A stretch of 64,000 nucleotides of DNA from Nitrososphaerota archaeon (GTDB lineage: Archaea > Thermoproteota > Nitrososphaeria > Nitrososphaerales > JACPRH01). Both the position numbers and the translations under genes were made by a program. Each line of letters starts with the position of its first letter. Position 1 is the stretch's first letter. Shown in pieces: positions 48,095 to 57,066 of this stretch. The stretch covers positions 6,601 through 70,600 of the forward strand of contig JACPRH010000017.1 in the NCBI GenBank assembly GCA_016190055.1, given 5' to 3'. The notes beneath the pieces were generated by a model that was not told the origin of the DNA, ran no database searches, and saw only the letters and a list, made by a program, of their open reading frames with translations.

Positions 48095-48856
48095 GTGTCT
48101 GAAATAGAAGACGCTACATCAACAAGCAAAACTAGGCGACTGATACTGCACCTACTATCAACTCAGGCAATGAGCGTCAAAGAATTAGCTAAAAAACTCT
48201 CGATGGAACCCATAGCTATTAGACATCACATACGGGTGCTCAAAAACTCAGGAGCAATTGAGGAGTGGGAGCACAAGCGAGGAAAGGTTGGGCGGCCAGT
48301 CATCAAATACCGCGCAGTACAGGTTCCAGCAAACCAAACGATAGCCAGTGAAGCACACTGGTTCTATAGCTTCTTCCAGAGACCCCTATCCACAGTTGTG
48401 AGAAGAAGACTCTTCACCGTCGGTAAAGAAGCAACCATACTAGACGCTGCCGAGATAATGCGTGACAACGGGATAGGCAGTATCCTCATAATGGATGATG
48501 CGACCAAAGAGGTAGTAGGTATTGTTACCGAGAAAGATCTAGTTAACAAGGTGGTTGCGAGGAATCTTCTGCCACTCGATGTTAAGGTTGAGAGGATAAT
48601 GACAAGCCCAGTCATAACAATACAGGAGACAGCTGAGATAGCAGAAGCGCTGGAGTCTATGGCGAAGTACAGGATCAGGCGTTTGCTCGTCCTCAGAGAT
48701 AAAGAGCCTTTAGGATTAATTACTCAGGAGAACATCATCGATGCATTCGTGCTTGAAGGCGGTATTCGAGCGTTTAAGGAAAGATCGATGAGCCCAAGAA
48801 CCAAGCTGAGTCAAGTTGAGCAATCTTCATTCATGCCCGAGACAAGCAAAGAATAA
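48095..48856 (+). CDS. ArsR-like HTH + CBS-pair transcriptional regulator
   Basis: MSVKELAKKL....AIRHHIRVL...VGRP followed by two CBS domains. Confidence 0.8.
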   Translation: MSEIEDATSTSKTRRLILHLLSTQAMSVKELAKKLSMEPIAIRHHIRVLKNSGAIEEWEHKRGKVGRPVIKYRAVQVPANQTIASEAHWFYSFFQRPLSTVVRRRLFTVGKEATILDAAEIMRDNGIGSILIMDDATKEVVGIVTEKDLVNKVVARNLLPLDVKVERIMTSPVITIQETAEIAEALESMAKYRIRRLLVLRDKEPLGLITQENIIDAFVLEGGIRAFKERSMSPRTKLSQVEQSSFMPETSKE

Positions 48857-48968
48857 TATAAATCATTTAACTATTATTTTAATAAGTCATCCATTCCTTC
48901 AGAAACGTTAATATAAAGTAATTGATATAATAAATATAGTTAGCGTGGACTGGGAGTAAAGATGTTTT

Positions 48969-49730
48969 GTGGCGATAATTAGAACAGAGGCGAACGAAAT
49001 AAGAAACGGTATTGAGTTTGGAAAAGCCCTCTCAAGCAAGAGGCGGCTCGAAATACTCAGAGTATTATCGAACGAGCCTATGAGTATTAAAGAGATCGCG
49101 GACACCTTGTGCTTAAACTCGGTCGCGATCAGACATCACATTAAGATTTTGATGAGATCAGATCTGGTTGAAGAGGTGGGGGAGAAACGGCTGAGGTTCG
49201 GTCGCCCAACAACACTCTACGGAACTAGGCAAGTACCTCAGTCCCTAGGGTACCCGAGACGCAAGTACGATACGCTCTCGGAGATTTTGATTCAAGCTCT
49301 TATCCAGAACCTACCAACCTCAAAAACCGCGAAGATCTTGAAAAACCTAGGCTACCAGTACGGGGCCAGCCTCATTAACGACTTATCGCTTCACCGCGGT
49401 ATACGGAAATGGGACATGTACTCCTTGAAGCAGCACTTTGTGGATGAGTATCTCAAGGAGGAAGGGTCGCAGCCGGAAGTGGTTAAGGTTGACGGAGAGG
49501 AGATGGTTTACAGGATCCATAACTGCGTCTTCTCCGAGATCTCTAGAAAGTACCCTGAGATAATCTGCAACGGCCTTGATCTAGGGGTGAGAGAAGGAAT
49601 CTTGGAGAGATCTCTCGGCTTTTCTGAGCAGATGAGAAGTAAGTGCAAAGGCCACGGAGACCCCTACTGCGAATTCATGTTCAGAGTAAAAAAGCCGGAT
49701 ATGGAAAAGGTAAAGGAAACCACCGCCTGA
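48969..49730 (+). CDS. ArsR-like HTH + V4R/SufR-like regulator
   Basis: AIRHHIKIL...FGRP; HNCVF...IC...CKGHGDPYCEF. Confidence 0.8.
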   Translation: MAIIRTEANEIRNGIEFGKALSSKRRLEILRVLSNEPMSIKEIADTLCLNSVAIRHHIKILMRSDLVEEVGEKRLRFGRPTTLYGTRQVPQSLGYPRRKYDTLSEILIQALIQNLPTSKTAKILKNLGYQYGASLINDLSLHRGIRKWDMYSLKQHFVDEYLKEEGSQPEVVKVDGEEMVYRIHNCVFSEISRKYPEIICNGLDLGVREGILERSLGFSEQMRSKCKGHGDPYCEFMFRVKKPDMEKVKETTA

Positions 49731-49912
49731 TCGTCTCTCCAAGCTCCTGTCGATTAATGTAGCAGATGTTCTATTGAAGTGTTTAGCCAGTCGTATTAAC
49801 GTGATTATCGTTAATTAAAACATATTCGTAATCGTAAACATATTATAGATAATAACTTTCTTGAAAAACAATATTTATTAACATAAGTACCCAACCAGTT
49901 ATTGAGAGAAAG

Positions 49913-50803
49913 TTGTTGCCAAGTTTCCTTAAGAACCGAAAGACAGTAGCACTCATACTAGTAATAGCCGCTTTAGCCCTATCGACACCAATGTACATTG
50001 GCTACAACTACTACCAAAATGATCCTAAGTTCTGCACATCCTGCCACCTAATGAACAAACCATACGAACTATGGCGCACAAGCGCAATGCATGAAGTAAC
50101 CTGCCACAACTGCCACGAACTAAGCCCAGCCGCAGCAATGAACCTAGTCTATTTGACCGTTGTAGAAAACCCAACGGAGATTAAAAGTCACGCTGAAGTC
50201 CAAGAAGAATTCTGCCTCAAATGTCATACAGAAGGAGAAATCAATATTCCACAGATAACCGAGCAGATCGGACATCAAGTCCACACCTTCCAAAGCAACG
50301 TGACTTGCCTGCAGTGCCACAGCACAAGCCTCCACCAGTTCACACCCCCAGACAGCATCTGCTCAACATGCCACACCGAGAAGCAGAAGACAGCCGGCAT
50401 GGCTAGCCTAGACTGCAAAACCTGCCACACCTACTCCGCTACCGGAAAACTCAGCCTAATACCAGGTCAAGTCGAGTGCCTTACATGCCACAGCGAACGC
50501 CAAACAATAATGGCGGTTCCAGCAGCTGCGCACCAAGACTCAAATTGCGCAACCTGCCACCAACTCCACAACAACAGCAAACCCCAAAGCTGCACATCCT
50601 GCCACGCCCGTGAAGAACTACCTGGATTACACCAGCTACAGAGCCACAACCTCGAGCAAAACCAGAACGACTGCCAAAGATGCCACCAATCTCATCAGAA
50701 GAGCGAAGTCAGAACCACCTGCACCAGCTGCCACTACAACAAAGTTGAACACAACAAAGGCATAGACTGCAACACCTGCCATAAGTTCACCAAGACAGCG
50801 TAA
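49913..50803 (+). CDS. Dodecaheme c-type cytochrome with NapC/NirT-like N-terminus
   Basis: N-terminal TM, PKFCTSCH.M, 12 CxxCH motifs. Confidence 0.88.
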   Translation: MLPSFLKNRKTVALILVIAALALSTPMYIGYNYYQNDPKFCTSCHLMNKPYELWRTSAMHEVTCHNCHELSPAAAMNLVYLTVVENPTEIKSHAEVQEEFCLKCHTEGEINIPQITEQIGHQVHTFQSNVTCLQCHSTSLHQFTPPDSICSTCHTEKQKTAGMASLDCKTCHTYSATGKLSLIPGQVECLTCHSERQTIMAVPAAAHQDSNCATCHQLHNNSKPQSCTSCHAREELPGLHQLQSHNLEQNQNDCQRCHQSHQKSEVRTTCTSCHYNKVEHNKGIDCNTCHKFTKTA

Positions 50804-50832
50804 AAGAAAAACGTACATAGTAAGAAAAAGAG

Positions 50833-50863
50833 AAAACCTCTCCTAGCGGTTAGGAGAGGTTTT
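50833..50863. terminator. Strong intergenic hairpin
   Basis: AAAACCTCTCCTA/TAGGAGAGGTTTT. Confidence 0.55.
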
Positions 50864-50908
50864 TAGGAACCTATTTGTCACACTATTCGACCAGTGAGGT
50901 AAAGCACA

Positions 50909-52051
50909 GTGGGCTCTATCTTCTTTGATGTACTCAGAAGACTCTCAGAATCCCAGCTGAGCGAGATCGCCATAGATCAGGAGAGGTGCATTGACATTGG
51001 ACGAAAAGAAAAAAGGCTCTGCACAGCCTGCCAAGAAAATTGCGTAGCAGACGCCATAAAAATTTGGGAAAGAGTCGATATCGACTGGAACAGATGCGTT
51101 CGCTGCGGAGTCTGCGCTGCAGTCTGCCCCACTGAGGTCTTCACAATGCAAGTTCTCTCAGATAACATGGTTCTCAAGGAAATCACTGCGCAGTCAGAGA
51201 AGGAACCTGTTCTTGTTGAGTGCAATTTTGTTAATAAACGGTTCGAAGGCAAAGAAAAACATCCTCAAGCAAAAGGGAAAAAGATAGTCGTACCGTGCCT
51301 AGCACGGTTCTCCGAAACATTCCTCCTTCAAAGTAGCCTCGCTGCCGGCAACAACCTAGAGTTCGCAAAATGCACTAGCGACTGCAGCTTCAAAACAGGA
51401 AGAAAAGTCATCGAGGAGATGGGGCAGAGAAGTAACCTACTTCTTGAGAGCTTCCAAGCTGCGTCAAAGAAGAATAATAAACCCTACGAGAAAAAAATCT
51501 CCGAAAGAAGAATCCTACTAGGTGAAGCAGGGCTACAGGCAATTAACATGGTTCTTCCGCGAAACACTCCTAATGCCAAGCAATCCAGTAGCAAAGACAA
51601 GATCCCACTACACCGAGCCGGACTAATCGAGATAGTAAAGGCGCAAACTCCAGAAGGACAGTTTATCCGCGGTAAGATGCCGTTTGGAAACATAACGGTA
51701 GATACAGAGAAGTGTCGGCTTCACGGTCGCTGCGCCGAGGCCTGCCCCACTGGAGCTCTACGGATAGTAGATAACAATCAAGGGAAAGAACTAGTCTTTC
51801 TCTATGGCGCATGCGTCGGCTGCCGGGCCTGTTTAGAGGCATGCTCGGAAGGCGCATTGAAGTTAGAGGAGAATATTGACTTGGCGAGGCTGGCTGCGCC
51901 TTGGGTAACACTGATGTCGAGGCAGTATCAGCTCTGCACTAGCTGCGGGAGACAGTTCTCCGTGAGAATGGGAGCTAATTCCCAAGTCTGCCCCTCCTGT
52001 GAGGGGCGCTGGGCTGAGATCGAAAAATATGCTAATGAAGCCGGAGCCTAG
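50909..52051 (+). CDS. Polyferredoxin-like 4Fe-4S protein
   Basis: CTACQENC, CVRCGVCAAVCP, CRLHGRCAEACP, CVGCRACLEAC, terminal CTSC/CPSC. Confidence 0.8.
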   Translation: MGSIFFDVLRRLSESQLSEIAIDQERCIDIGRKEKRLCTACQENCVADAIKIWERVDIDWNRCVRCGVCAAVCPTEVFTMQVLSDNMVLKEITAQSEKEPVLVECNFVNKRFEGKEKHPQAKGKKIVVPCLARFSETFLLQSSLAAGNNLEFAKCTSDCSFKTGRKVIEEMGQRSNLLLESFQAASKKNNKPYEKKISERRILLGEAGLQAINMVLPRNTPNAKQSSSKDKIPLHRAGLIEIVKAQTPEGQFIRGKMPFGNITVDTEKCRLHGRCAEACPTGALRIVDNNQGKELVFLYGACVGCRACLEACSEGALKLEENIDLARLAAPWVTLMSRQYQLCTSCGRQFSVRMGANSQVCPSCEGRWAEIEKYANEAGA

Positions 52052-52079
52052 GTTGAGTTCAACCGAACTCAGCTAGGCT
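52045..52079. terminator. Hairpin between convergent genes
   Basis: AGCCTAG.TTGAGTTC/GAACTCAGCTAGGCT. Confidence 0.5.
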
Positions 52080-52082
52080 AAG

Positions 52083-53042
52083 CTAGGCTTTCCCGTGTAT
52101 TTCTAGGTAGGTTGGGGAGTATTTCCCTCGCCCAGCTAGTGAGAATAGTCCGATGCCTATGAGGATGACTAGTAGACCTAAACCTAATGCTGTTTCTACT
52201 TGGGTTATGAAGGTCTCCGGTGATTTTATCGCGTCGACAGTGAATACTTCGCTCTCCACTGGCCCGTACTGTTTGTTTCCTTCGAATGTCACACGAACGC
52301 CGTACTGAGCGATATTCTCAGGTACCCATTGGTAGAAGAAGGCTCCATTTGCTCCAGGTTTCACAACACCGATGACGCGCCATGTGGTTCCAGTCTGCAA
52401 CTCTATGTTTAGGTGGTCAACATCTGCTGGTCGGATGCCTCCGGAGATGTAGATTGTATCTTTGTTAGCGTAAACCTCTGTTGGTGATACTAGGAGAGAG
52501 ATTGAACTTGGTTCGCGAGTCTGGCCTGCGACCTTCAAGATTAGGTTGGAGATTACGCCTGATGGACCTGCCTGTGAATAGACAGCGGTCAATGGATATT
52601 CGCCAGCAGGTGCGTTTGAATCTACAGTTATCTGGAATACTCCTTTGACGTCACTTTCCTTTGGGTCTTGATCGTTAGAGTCGCCGTCGCGAACATAGTA
52701 AGAGTAGCTTCCTTCTCCTCCCGCTGTAGCACTCTTTACTACCAAGCGAGTGAAGACGTGCTGGTCAAACACTAGCGCAACGCTGGGTTGATTCTTGTCG
52801 GTAGCACCGATGCCGTAGAGCGAGATTGCAATAGTGTCACCTGGACTCACTGTGTAGGTGTTATTCGCGGGTTTGCTTCCATCAATGAAGGTGGCGGTTA
52901 GAGAGCCTACTCCGCCTGAAGCGTGACATGTATTGCAGGGCGTTTTGTTTGTCGGAATAGGTTGAGCATTTGGAGTGACTAGAGCTGCCGATAGGAAAAG
53001 CGCTCCGATTATTATTGATAGGGTTAGGAGTTTGGAGTTCAT
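52083..53042 (-). CDS. Monoheme c-type cytochrome, beta-rich, C-terminal TM
   Basis: Signal peptide, CNTCH near the mature N-terminus, Ig-like beta-strand pattern; last gene of the cytochrome b operon. Confidence 0.65.
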   Translation of the reverse strand: MNSKLLTLSIIIGALFLSAALVTPNAQPIPTNKTPCNTCHASGGVGSLTATFIDGSKPANNTYTVSPGDTIAISLYGIGATDKNQPSVALVFDQHVFTRLVVKSATAGGEGSYSYYVRDGDSNDQDPKESDVKGVFQITVDSNAPAGEYPLTAVYSQAGPSGVISNLILKVAGQTREPSSISLLVSPTEVYANKDTIYISGGIRPADVDHLNIELQTGTTWRVIGVVKPGANGAFFYQWVPENIAQYGVRVTFEGNKQYGPVESEVFTVDAIKSPETFITQVETALGLGLLVILIGIGLFSLAGRGKYSPTYLEIHGKA

Positions 53043-53048
53043 CTATTT

Positions 53049-53285
53049 TCACCTTGGGTGGTGGTCTGAGACCTTCTTGTAGGCGTTTACACCGATGAAG
53101 ATTCTCAGGTAGATAAGTAGCACTATTGCATACAGGAGAATGTTGAAGCCTAACAATATTGGGATATCAGCGTAGTCTCCAGCCGTATCCAGCGTATAGA
53201 TACGGTAGAATAGGAAGGCTTGTCCAAACGCCAGTATTGCAAGTATAGTTGTAGATATCGACAGGAACATACTACTTCTACTCAT
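53049..53285 (-). CDS. Small two-TM protein in cytochrome b operon
   Basis: Two hydrophobic segments, tightly packed in the operon. Confidence 0.6.
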   Translation of the reverse strand: MSRSSMFLSISTTILAILAFGQAFLFYRIYTLDTAGDYADIPILLGFNILLYAIVLLIYLRIFIGVNAYKKVSDHHPR

Positions 53286-53286
53286 C

Positions 53287-53538
53287 TTAATTCTCCTCCA
53301 CAGCTTCGAACCATTTTATCCGTCTTTTAAGACGACCTCCCCGACTATCTATCTGATAGATTAGCCGGAGGCTAAGTGTGATCCCTACAGCAAATAGAAG
53401 AATCGCGCCGACAAGATACAGTGGCTCAAGTTTCGCGGTGCCTACTATCAAGTTGATTATATAGTTAAAGCCGAGGTTCCCAACCAGAACTAGCCCAAGT
53501 AGCATGAGTACCACTGGGATTGATTTCTTGTTAGCCAC
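53287..53538 (-). CDS. Small two-TM protein in cytochrome b operon
   Basis: Two hydrophobic segments, 1-nt gaps to neighbours. Confidence 0.6.
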   Translation of the reverse strand: MANKKSIPVVLMLLGLVLVGNLGFNYIINLIVGTAKLEPLYLVGAILLFAVGITLSLRLIYQIDSRGGRLKRRIKWFEAVEEN

Positions 53539-53539
53539 T

Positions 53540-54058
53540 CTACACTGCCCCCAATGGTCTATTCCGGAAATATATCATCCTAGCCAACTGCACCGTAATT
53601 ATGGACAGTAACAGGAGAATAGCTGTAATTGCGCCAGCCTGCCACGCGTGAAGCTCCTCTGCCGCAATGTTTGCACCGAGGCTCCAGAATGTGATCAGCC
53701 ACGCTCCGAGGAAGAGGCCGATTGATGTAAAGATAGGTCTCCTTAACGGATGCCTATACTTGCTTCTATCTAGGAAGGGCATTGCCAGTAATCCTAAAAA
53801 TATACCCGTCAAAATCATGAGGCCGATAATAGGAAGTCCCAGACCTTCGGTTTTCAGAACCATGTAGACGGGCATAAAGTACCACTCGGGCTCAAGATGA
53901 ATCGGTGGATTCGCCTGATCGTACTGAGGCCTTACTTCCCATGGGAAGGATGTTGCAGCGAGCAGGATACCTGCTATTATGAGCAACGCAGTGACCTCTA
54001 GCATGATCTGATACGGGAAGAATTTTACATGTGGTTCTTCAGGAAACTCTTCAGGCAT
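53540..54058 (-). CDS. Cytochrome b C-terminal / subunit IV (PetD/QcrC-like)
   Basis: FFP, PIHLEPEWYF, PFLDRS...P.RRP. Confidence 0.88.
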   Translation of the reverse strand: MPEEFPEEPHVKFFPYQIMLEVTALLIIAGILLAATSFPWEVRPQYDQANPPIHLEPEWYFMPVYMVLKTEGLGLPIIGLMILTGIFLGLLAMPFLDRSKYRHPLRRPIFTSIGLFLGAWLITFWSLGANIAAEELHAWQAGAITAILLLLSIITVQLARMIYFRNRPLGAV

Positions 54059-54068
54059 TTTTTCTCAC

Positions 54069-54770
54069 CTATAATGGTCCGGATATACCGTGTTTCTTAA
54101 CCATGTAGAAGTGCAACAGCAACAGCATAGCGAAGGCCGCCGGTAAGATCAGTGTATGGAAGGCAAAGAACCGTTTCAGAGTATCGGCGTCAGTCACACC
54201 TGATAGAATTGATCCCATTATATCGCCTAGTCCTGGGAGCGATTTCGCCATACCTAGACCAATTGTGGTTGCACCCTTAGACATATCTGTCCACGGCAAC
54301 AGGTAACCTGTAAAGCCGAAGGTCAGTGTTATCATGCCGAGGGTTAGCCCAGCCATCCAGTTAAGCTCCCTTGGAGCCTTGTAGCTACCAGTGAAGAAGA
54401 CACGGAACATGTGCAGAAGCGCGGTGAAAATCATCAGGTTCGCAGAATATGCGTGAAGACTTCGGATCAGCGCACCGTATCTTACCTCTTCCATAATGAA
54501 TACTACACTACTATAAGCTTCAGTTTGAGTTGTTCCCGCAACCATTTCCAGAGAAGGCTTGTAGTAGACTGCGAGCAACATTCCTGTTACTCCTTGGATA
54601 ATGAATGAAAGGAAGGTGATGCCGCCTAGACAGTAAATTGGATTGGTTGCATGAATCGGCACGTCAACGCGCGGCAGCTTTGTAAGCTTTGAACGACTAT
54701 CGACCCACTGCCAAAGTCTATCAAGAGGGCTCTGCTTTCGTTTACGCTCTACTTGTTTCTGCACACCCAT
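54069..54770 (-). CDS. Cytochrome b N-terminal / b6-like subunit
   Basis: YCLGGITF, RSLH...LHMFRVF, PRELNW, TGYLLPW, FAFH...LHF, GISGPL. Confidence 0.92.
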   Translation of the reverse strand: MGVQKQVERKRKQSPLDRLWQWVDSRSKLTKLPRVDVPIHATNPIYCLGGITFLSFIIQGVTGMLLAVYYKPSLEMVAGTTQTEAYSSVVFIMEEVRYGALIRSLHAYSANLMIFTALLHMFRVFFTGSYKAPRELNWMAGLTLGMITLTFGFTGYLLPWTDMSKGATTIGLGMAKSLPGLGDIMGSILSGVTDADTLKRFFAFHTLILPAAFAMLLLLHFYMVKKHGISGPL

Positions 54771-54869
54771 GACCTGCCATAATTAATAGATATGTTTTGA
54801 GTTTAAACATTATAAACATATTCTATATCTACCTCGTAGACTTGAGCTAATCGTGGTGCATACAGAGAC

Positions 54870-55412
54870 ATGGGTATAACTAGACGGAACCTTACAAAAG
54901 GAATTGTTCTCTTGTCAACGGCCCTAGCAGTTGCCCCGTTCGGCGCATTATACAAATATCTAAGCGTACCAGCTCCAACTATCAAGCTAACAAGGACCAA
55001 GATAGCTAATAGAAAAGATGTTCCACCAGGCGAATCACTCAGATTCAACTTTCCGCTCAAAGACAGGCCAGCAGTCCTGATACACATGGTCCCTGGAGAA
55101 TACAAGTATGGAGATTATCGACAAGGAAGCAAAACCAAAGCCGTCAACATAGACGAGTTTGTAGCCTATGACAGCATATGTACCCACCTTGGCTGTCCAA
55201 CAAGCTGGAAAGGGAGTGAAAAGGACATGGCTAGCCCCTGCCACGGCGGTGCATTCTCAGCAATTGATGGAACAGTCTTGAAAGGTCCTCCGCTTCGCCC
55301 TGTCCCGAAGATCAAGCTTGAGATAGATGCGAGTGGTGACATCTACGCCGTCGGTTATGAAAGCGGACTCCCGCTCTTCGGGCTAGAGAGCGTCATCTTC
55401 GAGCCAGTTTAG
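54870..55412 (+). CDS. Rieske iron-sulfur protein (Tat signal)
   Basis: TRRNL, CTHLGC, SPCHGG, GPP.RP. Confidence 0.85.
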   Translation: MGITRRNLTKGIVLLSTALAVAPFGALYKYLSVPAPTIKLTRTKIANRKDVPPGESLRFNFPLKDRPAVLIHMVPGEYKYGDYRQGSKTKAVNIDEFVAYDSICTHLGCPTSWKGSEKDMASPCHGGAFSAIDGTVLKGPPLRPVPKIKLEIDASGDIYAVGYESGLPLFGLESVIFEPV

Positions 55413-55491
55413 TAGATAAAAGTAAAGTAACTAGACGCTTAGGCATTATATTTGTATATGGGCAAATACCGGAGGGTAGGGAGGACCACTG

Positions 55492-56166
55492 TTGCTTAGA
55501 CTACCCCAAATACCGATATTAATTGCGGCTCTTGCATTATACGTAGTTGGGCTTTACACGGCGCTAATCTGGGCGCCGGTTGAACTGACGCTCGGCGAAA
55601 GCTACCGAGTGTTCTATCTTCACGTCCCAGTAGCATGGGTCGCCTACCTCGCACTCGGCTTATCATTAATCGGGAGTATCGCTTACCTTAGGACTAGGAA
55701 TACCAAGTTTGATCTCTTAGCAGAGGTTACAGCGGTCTTGGGTGTCCTGTTTGCAAGCCTCACTCTCGTCCTAGGCTCAATATGGGCTAACGTCGCATGG
55801 GGAACATATTGGAACTGGGACCCTAGAGAGACAACTACACTGGTGCTCTGGATATCCTACGCGGGCTATTTGGCGCTACGTTCATCAATTGAAAACGTAA
55901 GTAAGCGAGCAGTGATACCCGCTATCTACAATATTTTCGCCTTTTCAACGGTACCGCTTAGCTACATATCGGTAGTCTACTGGCAGACTCTGCATCCAAC
56001 GATAATCAGCGGCGGAAAATTAATGATTACTCCAGAGATGGTTGCGACTCTAATGATAAATCTAGTCGCCGCGACTTTTCTGTTCATTTTCCTTGCAGGC
56101 TTTCTATACAGGCTTAGGCGCTCTGAGAGGATACTAGAAGAATATGAGGAGCTTACTTGGAGGTGA
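55492..56166 (+). CDS. ccmC: Heme exporter/chaperone loader CcmC
   Basis: FYLHVPVAW, WGTYWNWDPRET, LHP. Confidence 0.9.
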   Translation: MLRLPQIPILIAALALYVVGLYTALIWAPVELTLGESYRVFYLHVPVAWVAYLALGLSLIGSIAYLRTRNTKFDLLAEVTAVLGVLFASLTLVLGSIWANVAWGTYWNWDPRETTTLVLWISYAGYLALRSSIENVSKRAVIPAIYNIFAFSTVPLSYISVVYWQTLHPTIISGGKLMITPEMVATLMINLVAATFLFIFLAGFLYRLRRSERILEEYEELTWR

Positions 56167-56171
56167 AATGT

Positions 56172-56309
56172 GTGCAGATTGACATTTTTGTAGCTTCAGT
56201 AGCGTACTGGGTAATAATAGGTGGCTTCCTACTGGTCTTGAACAGACGTATCTCCAAAGTCAGCCATAAGATAGAAGACGTCGAGAAAAGGCTGAAGAAG
56301 GAGCAGTAG
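56172..56309 (+). CDS. ccmD: CcmD-like small protein (45 aa, not in ORF track)
   Basis: MQIDIFVASVAYWVIIGGFLLVLNRRISKVSHKIEDVEKRLKKEQ; GGAGGTGA upstream; lies between ccmC and ccmA. Confidence 0.7.
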   Translation: MQIDIFVASVAYWVIIGGFLLVLNRRISKVSHKIEDVEKRLKKEQ

Positions 56310-56403
56310 CAGCGGTAAAGCAGTAACGATTACTTTAAACCGGTCTTAGCGAGCGAACACCCCTGTCAAGGTTGAGTAAGAAGAAGAGGCTGATAGGTGA
56401 GAA

Positions 56404-57066
56404 ATGAGCGAATATGCAGTCGAGTGCAAAGATATTGCCAAGAACTACGGGCACATCCACGCGCTACGTAGTGTCAGCCTTAAAATTAAACCGGGAGAAA
56501 TCGTCGGGGTCCTAGGGCATAATGGCGCCGGCAAATCCACCTTTCTGAAAATCGTCGGAACCCAGCTTATGCCTTCGAGGGGAACAGCCCACATACTTGG
56601 AAAAGACGTTGAGAGGCAACGTAAAGAGGTTAGGAGGATCGTCGGATTCCTAGGACACCTAAGCTTCATGTATGATGAGCTTACCGTCGAGGAGAACCTT
56701 CAGTTCTATGGCCAAATGTTCGAAATCAATCAGGTCGATTTGAAGAACAGGATTGAGGAAGTCATAGATTTAGTTGATCTAGACCGGTATAGAGCAGTTG
56801 AGGTGAAGAAGCTCTCACACGGGCTACGGAAGCGATCAGATCTCGCCCGCATCTTTCTCCACTCACCCAAAGTCATAATCCTAGACGAACCGTTCTCAGG
56901 GTTAGATGAGGCTGCAGTGAAGCTGCTGATTAACAGCCTGAAGAGCCAAGGTGAAGGCGCTACAATCCTTCTCTCATCGCATGAATTCGATCTAGTGAAG
57001 GGGACCTGTAACAGAACAATGGTTTTCCGTGACGGAAGAGTCGCCAGCGACACAGGAGGCAGCTAA
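56404..57066 (+). CDS. ccmA: Heme ABC exporter ATPase CcmA
   Basis: GHNGAGKST, LSHG, LDEPFSGLD; ccm context. Confidence 0.85.
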   Translation: MSEYAVECKDIAKNYGHIHALRSVSLKIKPGEIVGVLGHNGAGKSTFLKIVGTQLMPSRGTAHILGKDVERQRKEVRRIVGFLGHLSFMYDELTVEENLQFYGQMFEINQVDLKNRIEEVIDLVDLDRYRAVEVKKLSHGLRKRSDLARIFLHSPKVIILDEPFSGLDEAAVKLLINSLKSQGEGATILLSSHEFDLVKGTCNRTMVFRDGRVASDTGGS

